A stretch of DNA of 64,000 bases from Phoronis australis (Eukaryota > Animalia > Phoronida). How positions within the stretch are numbered: the stretch's first letter is position 1; each line of letters opens with the position of its first letter. Below, piece after piece: positions 24,682 to 39,019 of the stretch. Made by a program: the position numbers and the translations under genes. The DNA is taken from assembly GCA_002633005.1 (NCBI GenBank), contig NMRA01000092.1, positions 121,115 through 185,114 of the forward strand. The letters are read 5' to 3'. Below the pieces are notes generated by a model. That model worked only from the letters and a program-made list of their open reading frames with translations, did not search any database and was not told where the DNA came from.

Positions 24682-24914
24682 ATAGTCGTCTTTCTTTGAA
24701 GTTGGCAAAGTCTGTTATAACTCGGTCAAAATCAATGTTTTTGTCCTTGTGAATGTGTAGCAGTGATAGTAATGACAACCAACTGTCCGTCACTGTGTTT
24801 CTCAGAGGAGTTGTCTGGCTCCTCATGGTACTAAAACTCCGTTTCGTAGCACATCCTGGTGTAGGTCACGTGACACGAATCTTGACGTGGGTGTATAGTT
24901 CTGGATAAAATTCT
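24682..24914 (-). pseudogene. Decayed hAT transposase C-terminal dimerisation domain (PRKRIR/ZMYM1-like type)
   Basis: Translates as FYPELYTHVKIRVT*PTPGCATKRSFSTMR...LRNTVTDSWLSLLSLLHIHKDKNIDFDRVITDFA...RRL, matching the hATC ERSFS/LRSTM/LxLLHIH pattern, with an in-frame stop. Confidence 0.8.
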
Positions 24915-25395
24915 AGAAAAGTACTATTAAGAGTGTTTGTTTCCTACCTGCAAGTGACGCACAGACTGTTCTCAAATGATATCTGTACAGCATAACTGTT
25001 AAAAATTCACTCTCTTTGCCTTAGTGCGGACGAGGCGCAACGCTGAAATATTTATAGCCGCTGTGAACCCACCTTGTGTCGACACAAACCTCAATATCTG
25101 TTTATACCACTAAACGATAATGGAATTGTTTCTTAGTCAAAATACATTTCCGTGTGATTTCTGGGCTTACAAATTTCGTTATTGATTGAGACAGAGCTCC
25201 ACAAGTTGACTTGTCACGGCGTGTTGTTTTATTTACGATTGGTGATTTTTTTCTCACAATGTGTTAATTTTCTCTACCATCTTCTTTGCTTTATTTTGGT
25301 TGCCCAGCGCAGCCAGAGGTATCATCACCGACGTCACCTTCGTTGTAATTACGTGATATTCTCATCTCAATTTTGTTGTCAGGTCAGCCAAATCT

Positions 25396-25671
25396 GGTGT
25401 CATTTTCATGAAAGTGACTTAAGAGTAAGACAGAAATTTGACCTTACACTCAATTGCTTAAAAACGATTTAGCCAAGTAAATTATAAGCACATCACAGTC
25501 TAGAAATTATTTTTTAGAAATCATTTCGAGATCTAGCAGTTGCGTGGTTATTCTCAGACATTTTGTACTTTTGCTCCAGCGAAATGTTATTATTTTTCAG
25601 AAATAGAAAAACTGGAACGTAAGACCAAATTTATGACTTAAGTCTTTAGTCACTTTTCATGAAACAGACCC
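25396..25671. mobile_element. MITE family C copy
   Basis: TTCATGAAAGTGACTTAAGA...GTCACTTTTCATGAAACAGACC; related to the 42.2 and 55.8 kb copies. Confidence 0.7.
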
Positions 25672-28416
25672 AAAGTTTCGGCTCTGCTCAGCACTTTCAT
25701 TTGTTTATTCGGGGTACTTGTAACCATACACTGTATCCATACATTTTTGAAGTTCTTCGTGAATGCCGTCCACACTACCGTAGTTAACCTAGAACTAGCT
25801 ACTCCTTGAACGAGTCGTCGCCAAGGAGATGAATATAGCTCATTGGTTGTCGCTAGGTTCAGTAGAAGTGAGGACGGTATTTTCACTGGGGATAACATGG
25901 GGTAACTTCCTCGATACAAGTCGTAGTGTAGACGAGTAACAGTAGACAACAGGATGATTTAACGTGCGGTCACTTATTCCAATGCGAACCGAAAAGCAGA
26001 GACCAAGATTGACCACCAGGTGACGCCACAATATTTCACTCACGGTGACAGAGGCAAAAAATGTGACCTGGTCGCCACAATATTTCCCTAAGTTTACCAG
26101 GGTCGTGTTCACTAGCGCTAGTGCTTCGCTAGAAAAGCAAAATCTCACAACATTCTGCAAGATATCGCCGTGTATTTTGACGTGACTGCACGTGATTTGC
26201 CGGCTAAATTTTCTAGCCGCGAGGCAGTTATCGAACTCTGTCCAGATCAGAGTGTAGCTTCGTTTCTCGAAGCTAGGAGTAGAGACATGCGCGCACTCAG
26301 CCTAAAATATAGAGGGGCTCGAATTTTTCGATATGCGGACCTTTTACTGAATAAACTTAATGAGGACTAAAAAAAACAAAAAGGGGCTACTAGGTTCAGG
26401 CCTACGAATTGTGCATCCGCGCCGAATTTCTGTGGATTTTGTGGACCTTTCCATGAGAGAAGTTGTATACAATTAAGTTTGCCGGTTTTGACAATTCAGA
26501 TTTTGAAAAGCGCCACAAAACGTATGCAGAAAAAACACCGGAGATTTCATGCATCGTTTACTTAAAGCAACATTCGCCCTGTGTAGTTGCCTTAACAAAA
26601 GAATTTCGAATTATGCCTTTTTACGCTCATGATATACCTTACAGTAATAGGATCCTATTTCCGTTATCAACAAGAACATCGAGACCATCGAAGACACAAG
26701 AAAACCCTCCAGAGTTTATTGGTGTTGGCCAACCCTAAAGTTGCGTAGTGAAAATGGCGCATGTACGCATTGCGAGTGATTTGAGTTGGTAACAGAAATG
26801 GAATCCTATCATGGTTAAGATATTATAACACCGATTTGTAAAAGTAAAACACCTGATTCCATTTCCGTTTTGCGCCAGCTCATCAAGGCGAAATGCAGCT
26901 TCAAGAAAGTACAATACTCTTTTGAAAGTCTTACCTGCTTTTGAAAATATTTCTCTGACAACGATTCCCAGTCCCCGCCATTTCACATCGTACGCCAAGA
27001 TTCTGTTGCAACTACGCACCATTTTGAGACTGAACAGATCCCCTTTTAGTGAGTCCCCTGAGAAAGTCGCTATGTATCGACGTAAGCTTACGAAACTCGT
27101 AAAATCGCAGCTGAGCTGATCGAGAGGGTCGTGGGTTGAAGGTCAAGGGTCGTGAATCAAGAGGTGTCAGTCGTGGTGAGTCGAAGGGATCGTGGGGGTG
27201 TGCTGGTAGAGGGTCTTTTAGAATATCTCTAAGAGAGCCATTGAGAATACCACAAAAACTAGTAATTTAAAAATAGTTAATCGGTCACATCATAATTCAA
27301 TCTATGCTAATGTAAATCTTTGATCATCAAGTATTGATATAAATTAAATTTAACTTGTTAAATGCATTTATCGTCATTATTTTGACACTTGTCCTTTATT
27401 TTGATACCAGTCCTTAGGGTTTATTTTGCATTACTCATCTCTATTTATAGCCTCTAGGGCCTACTTTTGTATTCATACGTTTCTCTACGCGACTCCTGAT
27501 TGGTCGCCCATATTTCCTTTGTTCTGTACAACGCGGTCTCTCATTCAGACACCTACCTCGTCATCTACAAGACCTACGTTCTTTCTCTTCATTTTTCCCC
27601 ACCCCCCATCCCGGGTGTCGGTTCCACTTTCTCTTTGCTTATACATTTCCTGTTAGGTTTTTTTTTCAAGTTTTGTTTTCATGTTCTGTACTTTTCCTTT
27701 AAGCCCTTCAGGCAGTTTTTTTTGTTTTGTTCCCTCTTGCAGGGCTATTCATTGTACACGCCGGTGGGCGTTTTTTGCATGCCCATCTTGCAGAGTCTTA
27801 GTTAGTTTTATCTATTACGTCATAATAAATGACAATATTCACAATCCTCCTCTTGTTTTACTCTGCAACATAGCTCGTGGCGTACCCCGGGCAAAATAGA
27901 TTACGATAAATGTAAGTTGCACAATACCTTGGGAACAAGGAGATGAAGTTGCTATGAAAATCATATTGTCGATCATCAACCCAACTCCTATCACCAATAA
28001 AAGTCACACCCTGAAGTTCCTCTACCCGGTGACAAGTAGTTATCCACTCTGCTGCCATCTGACGGGCAGATTTGCAGCATTTGTACGTGTTTCAAAACGT
28101 GTTTTACCGACATTCTCTGTTTTAATATATGTTTCATCAACCTTTCCAATACTCGCAAAGAGTTACAGCTATTGATGATGCGACCACTTTTGCCCAAAAG
28201 AGAACATTTCCCGCTCGTGTGTCGCATCACGTTAACCAAATGCGTAAAACGCGTGATCATTAAGCGTGATCTGGCGAGATTTCTGTCACATCCGAGACGC
28301 AACGTAATTCACACAGGAAGCCAGATTTCGAAACTACAAATTTACACGCTTAAAAAAATTGACAGTTGTATCGTGAATAAAATTTACTGAATTTCAAAGT
28401 CAGAGAAGTTTAAACT

Positions 28417-28581
28417 GGGTAGACTTAATTTAATAGATTTAGTAGATTAAATTTGCCGGTTCGGCCGGGTCAACCAGCTATGACATCTGATTGGTTCTCA
28501 ATTAAACTTCTGACTTGCAGACTAATCATACGCCTTAGCCGCTTGACCTGGCAAGACCGGTGTAGAAAATCAAATGCAGCC
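28417..28581 (-). mobile_element. MITE family E copy
   Basis: GGGTAGACTT...GACATCTGATTGGTTCTC...AATCAAATGCAGCC. Confidence 0.55.
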
Positions 28582-31500
28582 GATATCAGTCAGGTAACGC
28601 AGGCGTTGTCACAGTGATGACCTGGTCTACGGAACGCGCCCCTGTTCCAGAAAGAGTCTCTGGTTATAACCACGACAACTCACGTGCAGGAGTCACGAGA
28701 AAGGTCACCTGTTGATATTCAGGTACATGTATACCCAAGGTCTACCAGGCGCTGAAACTAAACCGTAGCTGTACTGACGTGGGCATGTTGCAAAGCTGTT
28801 GAAATTCAATTAGCCAAGGACGGATGAAGTATTCGTCTCAAAATATGTAGCGCACTGAACAGAAAGTTCACCCACAACAAGGGGCCCATCACAAAAGAAA
28901 AAACTTTGCAGTTAAAAGTTGCTGTAAAAATGTTTTTAGTGTTGGTAAAACTCGTTTTTATTATAGTTGGTGTCTTTGATGGTCCACTACATTTTAGTCA
29001 TGATAGGATACGTTGCTACTGATGCAATAGAAGATAATCCCTTACTTAGAGACGGTTCAGGTTGGACGCAGACGTTTCGACCTGGTCCACCAGACCTTTT
29101 TCGGTGAGTGAAGAGTCTCCCGCCTTTCGCTGATTAAGTCTGTTCGCATATACTGATGTAAATTTAAGATTATGTAGTAACCTGTTTATAAAACTAATTT
29201 AGTTTAATTTCTTTCACGGTGTTCTTAGCGGCGTTAATTTGAAACTTTTGAAGAAAAAGTCAAAATAATTGGTCAAAAACAGGTGAATGTATATATCCAA
29301 ATAATTTCTAAAATCAGTTAATAAATAAATATCGGTTCCCTAATTTATTGACAAAATCGTTTCAAGACCCCGTCTTGTCACTCTGCATTTACCTGTTAAA
29401 GTCCGACGCAGTGTTAATTAATTACATCAGTTTTTGGCCATAATAGAATAAAAACCCCGGAAAATCGCCACACAAATGAAAAAGTTCATATTAATTCGAC
29501 GTTTCGTCTATTGTTTAGACATCATCAAGATACAAACAATCAGACATCAAGTATCGACATACGTGTTAATTAAGTTACGTGGAAGACAAACCTAAGTTAG
29601 TGACGGAGCTCCTTTGACGCAATCAATGAGTTTTCTTGGTCCATGGTGTTGTCGTGTGTGATAAGGAGCAATATATAACTTTCCATAAAAAGCAAACGAC
29701 CCATCAAAAACATTAACAAAAACAATGGATTTTAAAGATGGCGCTGCATGGAGCTTTAACGAATCGAACTTTATGAGTATGCTTCCCTTGAGTGTGAGAC
29801 ATATCTTCCTGCCAACTGCTGACTCGAAAGTTGTTTTGTTCCTCAGCAGCAAAGAGGGAAATGTCTACACAATCCAAAAAAACTTCTACTTTGTTAAGTA
29901 GTCACTGACGCTTACAGTGGCTATAAACCAGCCTTTTATCTCAAAAACTAACTTATGTTTTAGGTCACTTACCTCTACGAAATTGGTTCCAAATAGTTCG
30001 TTGTTGCATGAGATCAGACTCAAATTGGTTTGTCACGGCGTGTAATTTTAAGCGCCGAGAGTGGTATCGACTAATACTGATGTATTAGTACTTTGCAAAT
30101 CCAGAAAAATTTTACTATTGAAGCAAGGAACAAATTGAGACCAATTTCGTGTCGGTAAGTGATCTAAATCTTAAGTTCGCTTTGGAGACAGGAGTGGGCG
30201 CTCACAAATACAAGATCGCCAGTATTACCCGGATAATATTTTATGGACTGTTACACAAAAACATGTTTTACAACTTAACAAAATATGGTACAGGTGACAG
30301 TACTATTTCTGGACCAGTTTTGCTCTCCCCGTGTTTCTCTTTGTCCCGTTTTCTCTACCGATGGCACAGAACCAGTGTATGGAACTTGACGTTTCAACTT
30401 TGCTGCACAACGTTATCTTGTAGCAGGAGTGGTTACTGCATATACTGAAACGTTTTTCCGATTCTGTATTTTTTGTACAATTTAATGCTCGGCTGAATTT
30501 CTGACGGGTATGTAAAAGTGATGAAGTTTTTGTGAACGTTTGGTAAAAGTTGTGGAAAAAACAGCAAACGACTTGCAGTAAATCTGAGGTTTGTGGTAAG
30601 AAATTCTTTAAATGTATTTTACGACGAATTCTTTTGGCATTTTCAGAAAAACTGCTTCAGATACAGACTTCCAGATTTTATTTCGCTTAATTTCTTTATA
30701 ACAGCATTTACAAATTTTCATTTTAGCTGATCTGTGATCTATGTTATACTACCGTCATCGAAACATTGAACAAGGTCACTACTGATGCGAAAGAACTATC
30801 CATCGATGTGTAAGTGTTTCAGTTTCTAATCTCAAGCTTTTTAAGATGTTTGGGAAAAATTGTTTCATGCTTATAACATGAAAGGTTGCGAGGTATTCTC
30901 GGGCTTCCGCGCAGACATCAAAACTAGTGATAGTAATACAAAGCGTACACGTATGTTAAATATGTAACATTTTTATTTATGGTAAAATTAATTACATACC
31001 AAAAACACAATTGCTATTTTTGTATCTATTAATACAGCAACCTGAAATGCGAGTTACATAAAGGCGACGATGTTTCAGCAAACACAACACCAATGCACCA
31101 TTTTTAAGCTTTTGTAATGACCGGTCCGTTTATTTAAATCCATAAATTTGTTATTGCTTTAGGTCGAGGATAAGCAATAGATACCGTATAACGGAACCTT
31201 GATAAAACAAATGCGAAGCGTCTTGAACGAAATTGCAAAGACTTCGAGATAGACCTAATGGTGCGAGATCACAGCCTGCCTTCTTCCAAACTTGTTTTCC
31301 TATGTCATTAATCTGAGCAAAGAAGATCTTGAGTCGGCAAGTGAGATGCGCACAAAGAACGAAAAAAAAGCGTGGAAAGGAGGAGAGTGTCTGCGAGGCT
31401 TCTAAACGTACAGCCACTGATAACAGTGTGTCAGTCCCAACTCTGCCTCCACCGTAGGTATAAGAGCTGACACTGCTGGTGATAAAGGGTGGCTGTTAGG

Positions 31501-34169
31501 GCTAACGATTGCTCTGGTACATGTACTTATAAATGCATTAAAGATGACGTATCAGATAATGGCGGAGACTGTCTGATGAAGAACATAGGAAATGAGTAGG
31601 ATGAAGACGATGCCTACAATCCAACACCTCTCGCATCAGTTACATCATGAAGCAGCACGAGTGTCCAAGCCATCTTTGGCGAAGACAACGCTACCGAGAA
31701 TGATCAGTATGACGACGAAGACAATGGCAACGAAGAGTTTACGAGACAATCTCGGACTAGGAAGCGCGAGGGTGTCACTATGGTACGAACGATGCGGGAC
31801 TTGATGATCAGACAACCTCAGTTGAAGTGTCAGGTAGATATGGATGTGGTGACTTCCAAGTAAGTTCAGTCGAGGAATACACCGATCAGTCTTGTTATGA
31901 AACAACCACGGTAGTAGAATAATCAAGGCACGGCTGCGAAGCAATGTCAGTCGTAAGGTTTGATTGTAGGCATGACGTCAACAGCACTGTTCAACGAGTG
32001 TTACGTGGAATGGGATGGGTTGACTGAATTGTTCTTTCAGTCTAACAATGACAAAAATAGTTTAATGAAACGGAGCCCAGAGCGTCTTTTTCACAGCCTC
32101 GGTTCTGAGCAGGTGGTCGGTGTTTGACGTAGACGTGCCTTTCACAATAAAGGATGATTTTGCAGTGGAAGATTTTAATTATAGGAAATCTTCGATATTG
32201 AACATTATTGTTTTTTCTTCATCTTTTTGATTGTAGTTTGATGTTCAAACGATTTGTAAAATCAATTTTTGTGTTGGATTTGGAGTTGTAAATTAAACAC
32301 TTAAAAGTCCTTAGTATACTTTATGAAATAGTATAAGACGAACGTCCAAACTTTTTTTTGGAAATATTCTTTCAGTGTAAACACCAGTATCGTTCAAACC
32401 AGCTCGCTGTTCGATACAATGTTTATCAATTTCCGTATGATGGTATCGTATACATTTACTGCATATATTAATATTAGGGCTAAGACCACAGTTCGACTGG
32501 CTGATCTTGTCGGAGACTGGTTCATCAAAATCCTTGCTTCCACTCTGTCTCCCGATACACGACAAAAATGCATAAGGCAAAATACACACTCAATGAAGTT
32601 CTTAATGGATGAAGAAAGTCAACGAAGACATTAGCTTTTTGCCTTGGTATTGTCCACATTAAAAATTCGAATTGGGCATTTTTCTATTCAAAAGATCACA
32701 AATTCCGAATTGCCCCGATCCCAAATCGAACGGAGAAAAGATCCTAAACGCTCCTGACCCCTGAATTAAATTTACGCTAAAATATGTCACTACCAACCAG
32801 ATTTTTCCAATGTCGGTTCGTCTAAAGAGTACCTGTATTTGGCCGGAAGAAGGAAATGCTTTCAAAATGACAGGACTTCCGAATCCGCCTAAAACAGAGC
32901 ACATGCCAAATTGGTGGACTTTTTCTACTCAAAAAAACTTTAGAGAATCAATGAATACCATTCGTGACAAACACAAACTACCGAACACGAGAAGATAAGA
33001 TCCATCGCAATCGAGCACGAGAAGCTTCTATAAGAAAAATGGACTTGGAAAGTTTTTAAAGCGCTAAAAACTGCCATTTACGTTGTTTTGACAAGTGACT
33101 AAATTGTGTGCACCATCAGCTCCTTTTATGACACTGAGAATCAAAAAACGAGAAAATACAAGAAGAGCGACATCGCTTGGAAGTTTCTAAGATCACGGAC
33201 ATCAGTGATTGTGGCGTATGAACGCACCCAAGCGCCAGCGTGTCATGTCTACCAACACGAGATTTTCTTGTACAAACTCGCGCCATATCTGCGGAAAAGT
33301 GAAATGAGTCCACAAAGTGGTCAAATATTGAGTTGTCATAACCACTACAAACGCAACATCTCGCCATTCTTTATTGCACCATAAACCACCGGAAACGAGC
33401 AGCAGTATATGATTACTTTTCACACTTAACACAATGGAGGATGACTAATGCTATGATAGATTGTCCCATTTCTACATATTATGTATCGGCCAATAAATAC
33501 TCGACACTGGTGATCAGCTAATGGACATGTCGTCGAATAGGGTTACGGGGTGTTCTAATTTGACAGCTGATCGACTGGTAGGGTTGCTTTGGTGTTTTTC
33601 GTATGAAATTGGTTACTCAAGCCCTTAAAGCTCGTACACCACATTTAACTTGGCACATTTTACACCGACAATCACGGGAAACTGATCAGTTGCCAATCTG
33701 CTCATTGTCAATGTTTATTTACCATGCATCTTTGTGACTATAATCCTGAATACCGGTGTAGTTCCGTCATACTTGCATTTATTACGTCATTTCACGTCAT
33801 CGCAAACTTTTGCAGCATTGTATACACCCCTGTCACACTTACAGTGGATGACGATTTCAGAGGTTACAAACCAGCCTTCGGCTATAATCCAACTTTTTGA
33901 CCATGCAGTTACTTTTATAATAGAATACTGGCTAATCGGAAAAAAAAATTAATTTGAATTCGTCATTGCTTGAGATCAAGTTGACTTGTTACGTCATTTC
34001 CTTTTATTCGCTGAATGTAGTCTCGTGCAATAATGCGCTGTCAGTTCAGGCTCTAAATTTATTTCATAACTGAGTAAGAAGCAAGCTGAGAGCAATTTTA
34101 TAGCGGCACATAGTGGTCAAAACCAAAAGTTAGTTTCTTTGATGGAATGTGTGTTTATGGGTGCGTACT

Positions 34170-34440
34170 GCAGAAACGGGTTGTCGATGTCATCAAAGTT
34201 TACAAGACGGTTGAAGAGACCAAGCTGACGAATGCGAACATTTCGACAAACATGGAAGAACGATTCCACGACATTTACAGGTCTGTTGTAGCTATGGCCC
34301 GAGAGGCCAGCGTCTCACCAACCACATCAAGGATTTTCAGTCGACAACAGCATTGCGCCAACAGTATTGTTTCTTCCGTTAGCCCAGAGATTTGCTACCA
34401 AATAAACGTTGCGAATGCGATACCTTTTTTAGCCAATGTA
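34170..34440 (+). pseudogene. Decayed hAT transposase fragment (PRKRIR/THAP12-like region)
   Basis: LQKRVVDVIKVYKTVEET...FHDIY...PTTSRIFSRQQHCAN...SPEICYQINV..IPFL resembles the 'LQ..D...PR...RQxHRxN....PExYYR....IPFLD' segment of these transposases. Confidence 0.65.
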
Positions 34441-37400
34441 ACCACACAAACTGCTATGCATATGCGCAGAAATGAAACACCTCTGAGGGATAATTTGAAG
34501 TTACCCGAGGTGTTCCGAGTGCAATGCGATTGTACCGCCTGTCACAGCGCCACCTATACGGAAATGTACGTAGCCCTGGGAGAGAGCGTGCGGTTAAGGA
34601 CTGCATGCACAATTAATGGTGGCACTCTCAAGTTTTTGCTGGTTTTCAGTTCTAACAGCAGGTACAGGCTGAAAAAAACTGAAAATATGGACAGCGTAAA
34701 GGAACAAAGAATTCAAGCAGCATTTTGCCCTGTTAAGCTGGGTAAAAAATAGCATTAAGTCTCTTGCTCTCGTACTGCTGGAAGCAACTTTTAATGAAAC
34801 TGGGTCAGATAAATTTAACCGTGACTCAATGATCGCGCATCGTCAGTTGAGGGAAGGTTACTTGTGTAAATTAATTACTACTTGCGTAAATTACGGACGT
34901 AAATTAATTATTACATGCGTAACATTCCCCCGGTTGTAAAACTATACCTATCAATGTTTTGTGTGTTCTCACCTTGTCAACGATATTTCAAACCCGTTTT
35001 AACATTGTATTATTTATTCATACACATCTATCTATTTCATTGTGGGCTAACGTTGTTCGCAGTGGTGTGATCGAATACGTGTGTTCGTGCCTATGAGGCA
35101 AATATCTGCAAAGAAGGGTCGTGTTTAATTCAAGTAACCTCAAAAAATGTCATGGGCCCGTTTCTTCACTGATTAACAATGCAAAATAGTAAATCGTAAG
35201 CAGTCCTATTTAGTAGCACATAAACTTGACTTTATCATTGCAGAAACGTTTGCTCAACGTCCATGGATATAAGTGTCGCCTTTTAATTTTTGACAGGTAG
35301 CACCATTCGTGTCATCGTCTTATTGCTGACGGCCTTAGGTCGTTGTACATACAGCTCTCCTGTTGGCGCATCTATAATGGAAGATAAAAAGATATGATTA
35401 AACTTATTAGACATTTATACCACAATATTAGCCTCGAATGGCAAATACAACCGTGTAATAACCCATTTAGTAACTCACTAGTGAGGTAACATTTTGGCGG
35501 GAAACCAAGAGTTCCGAGTCGCCAACTTTACCACTACACCACTCAGCGGCTGACGTCATCGAACGTGAAAATAGAATTCTAAATGAGCACGCGCAACAAT
35601 CGTTCAGCAAAGGGCATTGTACCAACATTTATACGCTATGAAAAATAAGACGCATAATTTCCATAAAAACGATATTTTAATTCAGTGAAATTTTTCTCTC
35701 GTGTTCTCTCACTTGTAAATCATCGATCTCCAATTTGAATGCGGGTATCGTGTCGTCGGGATCCTTTGGACTTGAGCATTATACTCAGTTACTAGTGGTA
35801 ACCTACTTGAGCAGACGATATTTTCCCGGTCGAAGCTTAGCGTGATGAAATGTGTAGTAAGCTATAATAGTTGCTAAACCTTAATTTATAGATTCACTTT
35901 ATTTCTATTTTGTTTAAATTTTCAATTGGTTTTGATTAAAACCATTATTTGACAAAAATAGCTCGGCTTTTCTTAAAAGGTCACGACCTGATATAGAAAA
36001 TAGTTACAAAGCCGAGGCGAGTAGAGAAAGGTAGATCGATTCATTGCAATGTTTCTCGTTCAGTATGTGGTATAAATAGATTATTAGCCCCGAGGGTGAT
36101 AATTCTACAAAATCCACGAGGACTCTAGATAACGGGGGATAACGACTTCGCCATGTAATAATCTACATGTATTTCGTCGCTCCTGCCGGGTGCCTCTTTC
36201 TGCTGCAAATAGTCAGCAGTCACGTGCCGTAGGAACAGAAGGGAGGACGAGCGTCTGAAAAACGTGGGCGCCTACAGACGTCTGATCTACCTTTTTATAT
36301 TGTCGCCCCCCTAAATCAGAAGGCAGATCTGCCAACATACCGTGGCAGGGCTACATTCCAATCAAGTAATATGACTTTGGTCTGTAGTCCGTAATTGGTC
36401 AGTTTACGAATAGCGATGCGTCAATTATAATTTATGCAAAATCATAAATTTGTGGGATTCCAAACATCCAATTGATCATGACTACAACTGATTTCCCCCA
36501 TCAAAAGGAATTGATACCGAGTTTAGATGAGAAGGAAGATAGGACGCGTCCCATCACCATAAAGGCGGGCAGAGCCTAACGCCACACTGTCACGTCATTG
36601 GATTGGTTTCTCGCGGTAAGAAGGCTGATTTGGGGGTCACATGACAGGACGTCTGACGAGAGTTCAGACATGAAAACTCTTCAGACGGTACTGAGATCAC
36701 TAGACTTCGATCTGCTTTCTTATTGGACGGCATTGGAACGCTTTGGCTGATATGAAGCAGACAAATTTTGGAAGGCTTGGTTAAAATGGGTGGCTTTTTG
36801 GTTTTTAAGGATATCAATCGCTTTTTACGTCAGCATAGCGGAGTTTTATACATATTTTAAGCGGTTGCGTAGTCTGGTACGATTTGCGCACTAAAAGGAT
36901 AATTTTCCTTTAAATGAACACTTTTTGTGACAATGAAAACACAACAAACTGTAGAAACCATTCAGGTTTGCGAAGTGCAAGTGTGAAAGCCTAGATCACG
37001 TGATGTTGTAAGAGTCGCAGTCGCAGCCTTTCCGCTGGTTCCCGTAGTTGTTGTATAATAAAATAGGTCAATTATCTGCTAATGTAGTAATTTGTGGCAA
37101 CACAATGTGTACAGATATACAGCAGCTGGTGACCACTGCAATTTGGTGGCCCTTACAACAACGTCAACACGAAACCGCGAAAAGGCTGCGATTGCGTGCG
37201 ACTCGTGTAACTCCGAGGGCAGCGTTCTGGAGACGCAAGGAACGTGCGAAAACACGATGTCACGCAAGTTTTCACGAGATACGTATTAGAAGCAGAGCCC
37301 GTGATCACATTGGGTTTTCTGGCAAGTGGCCCTGCGTCTTCCACATTCAAAACGATAGCGTGCACACACAAATAATGTGACTAGTATTCTACTGCGACTA

Positions 37401-38689
37401 TTATCTTAAGATTCATGACAATTAAACTCATTGTTTGGTAACAATTTCTTCTTAAGAAGTCTCCAAATGGGTTTGCAGCCTGGAAGTACTCACCCTGGCG
37501 CTCACCCGATCTTGAGTTGTTGTTGAATGAGTCGACAACTCAAATCGACATTGCGTACATGCGGCATTTTTGAAGTCATAATTTCAGGGCTCGCCCGCTC
37601 CATTTAATTCTGACGCGTTTTCTTTAGTTACTGATAGTTTTGATGTCCATGTTCGTAACGGAAAAGGAATCCTATCACGATAAGGCACATCGTGAGACAG
37701 GTTTTATTAGAGTGAAAGCCTAATTGCATTTTCGTTTTTATTCATCTAAACAAGACGGTATGGAGCTTTAATAATAAGAACTTGAGTGACTTTTTCAGGG
37801 AATGCGTCTACAAAACCGATCCTTTTTATCGTGTAGCTTGTCTCTAAAAGAATGAAACTTCTTTTCTCATAGTTCACACCCATGGGTGCACAGTTTTGTT
37901 GAAGATTTCTCGTTAGGATGTTCCAACAAGATTACGCAACTTCCAGTTGAGAATAGTGAACAAATACTACGATAATGCAGTACTAGCTAAAATGAGAGAG
38001 ACCTGTTGCTGCAGTTCCCCCTTACGACGCCACGATAATCAAAACTTGATTGGGTAATATTCATTTATGCAATTTACGCCCGTAAGGTCGTTGATTTTAG
38101 TATCTCTGGTCTTGACGAGCTAATAGTTCCCAAACCCCGCGGTGCAGAGTCTTCTAATTAACCCTTACCCTCGGGATTGAAACCAGTGTACGAAGTTTGT
38201 CATCTAGAACCATCGTCCTAGAACCACCACTGTACACTCAAGTCGGCAAAGACATCGAACACTGGTTTTCATTTCAGCAAGTGGAACAGTTGGTCCGCCT
38301 AAGCTCTACTGGTGAGGAAAATTCGCGCCAAAGCGAGACATCTATTCGATACGCAAACAAGTGTCAACTTTACCATTGCACTTGCAAATGCCCAGCTTAC
38401 GCAAATTTTCTTAAATGCGTGCAGAAATGTAAGCAGCAATTAGAACTGCAATGAACCTGTCTTCAGCCACTGATTCCAGCCACTTACGGTTTTAAAACTG
38501 CTTAAGCATGTTTCCGTTAGTAAGCCTGCACTGCGTAATGTGTGGTACGTAATGCCCTTCAGCCATAAAAGAGATGTTTCCATTTTTCCGTTATGCATAA
38601 AGCATAAAAGTGTTATCCATGCAACTTTCATTTGAAACGGATTGTGTGCAGCGTTTGAATTTGAATTTAAATCTGAAGCCAAACACGCA

Positions 38690-39019
38690 AATTTCTGAAA
38701 ACGCAACTTTTTTACAGATAGCCCTACCGCTTCCAACCTTACGTGTCCACTGAATTTTTTCAGAACGGAATTTTTAAAACGCGGCCGTTTCCTATACGAA
38801 TACGACTTCAGGTCCACACACGTAACCAGAACCAAAAACGTGAGTTTTTGAAAACGCTGACGACACGATAGTATTGGTATATTTGTGTGGACGAAAAACA
38901 TTGAAAACGCAAAGGAAACGTATTCGCGAGGGAGGAGAATTTTTTGAAAGCGCTTCGAAAAAGATACGTGTGGGCTAAGTACCTGTTGAAATAGTAAAAA
39001 AAGTTGCGTGGACGGGGCC
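38690..39019. mobile_element. Eroded MITE-like repeat with GTGGAC/AAAACG sub-repeats
   Basis: Right end GTTGCGTGGACGGGGCC and repeated GAAAACG / GTCCAC motifs; left end unclear. Confidence 0.35.

Noticed and set aside
34147-34752. 201-aa ORF as an intact host gene (THAP12/PRKRIR)
   Set aside because: Only ~90 aa resemble hAT transposase, with degenerate motifs; the rest is unrelated read-through.
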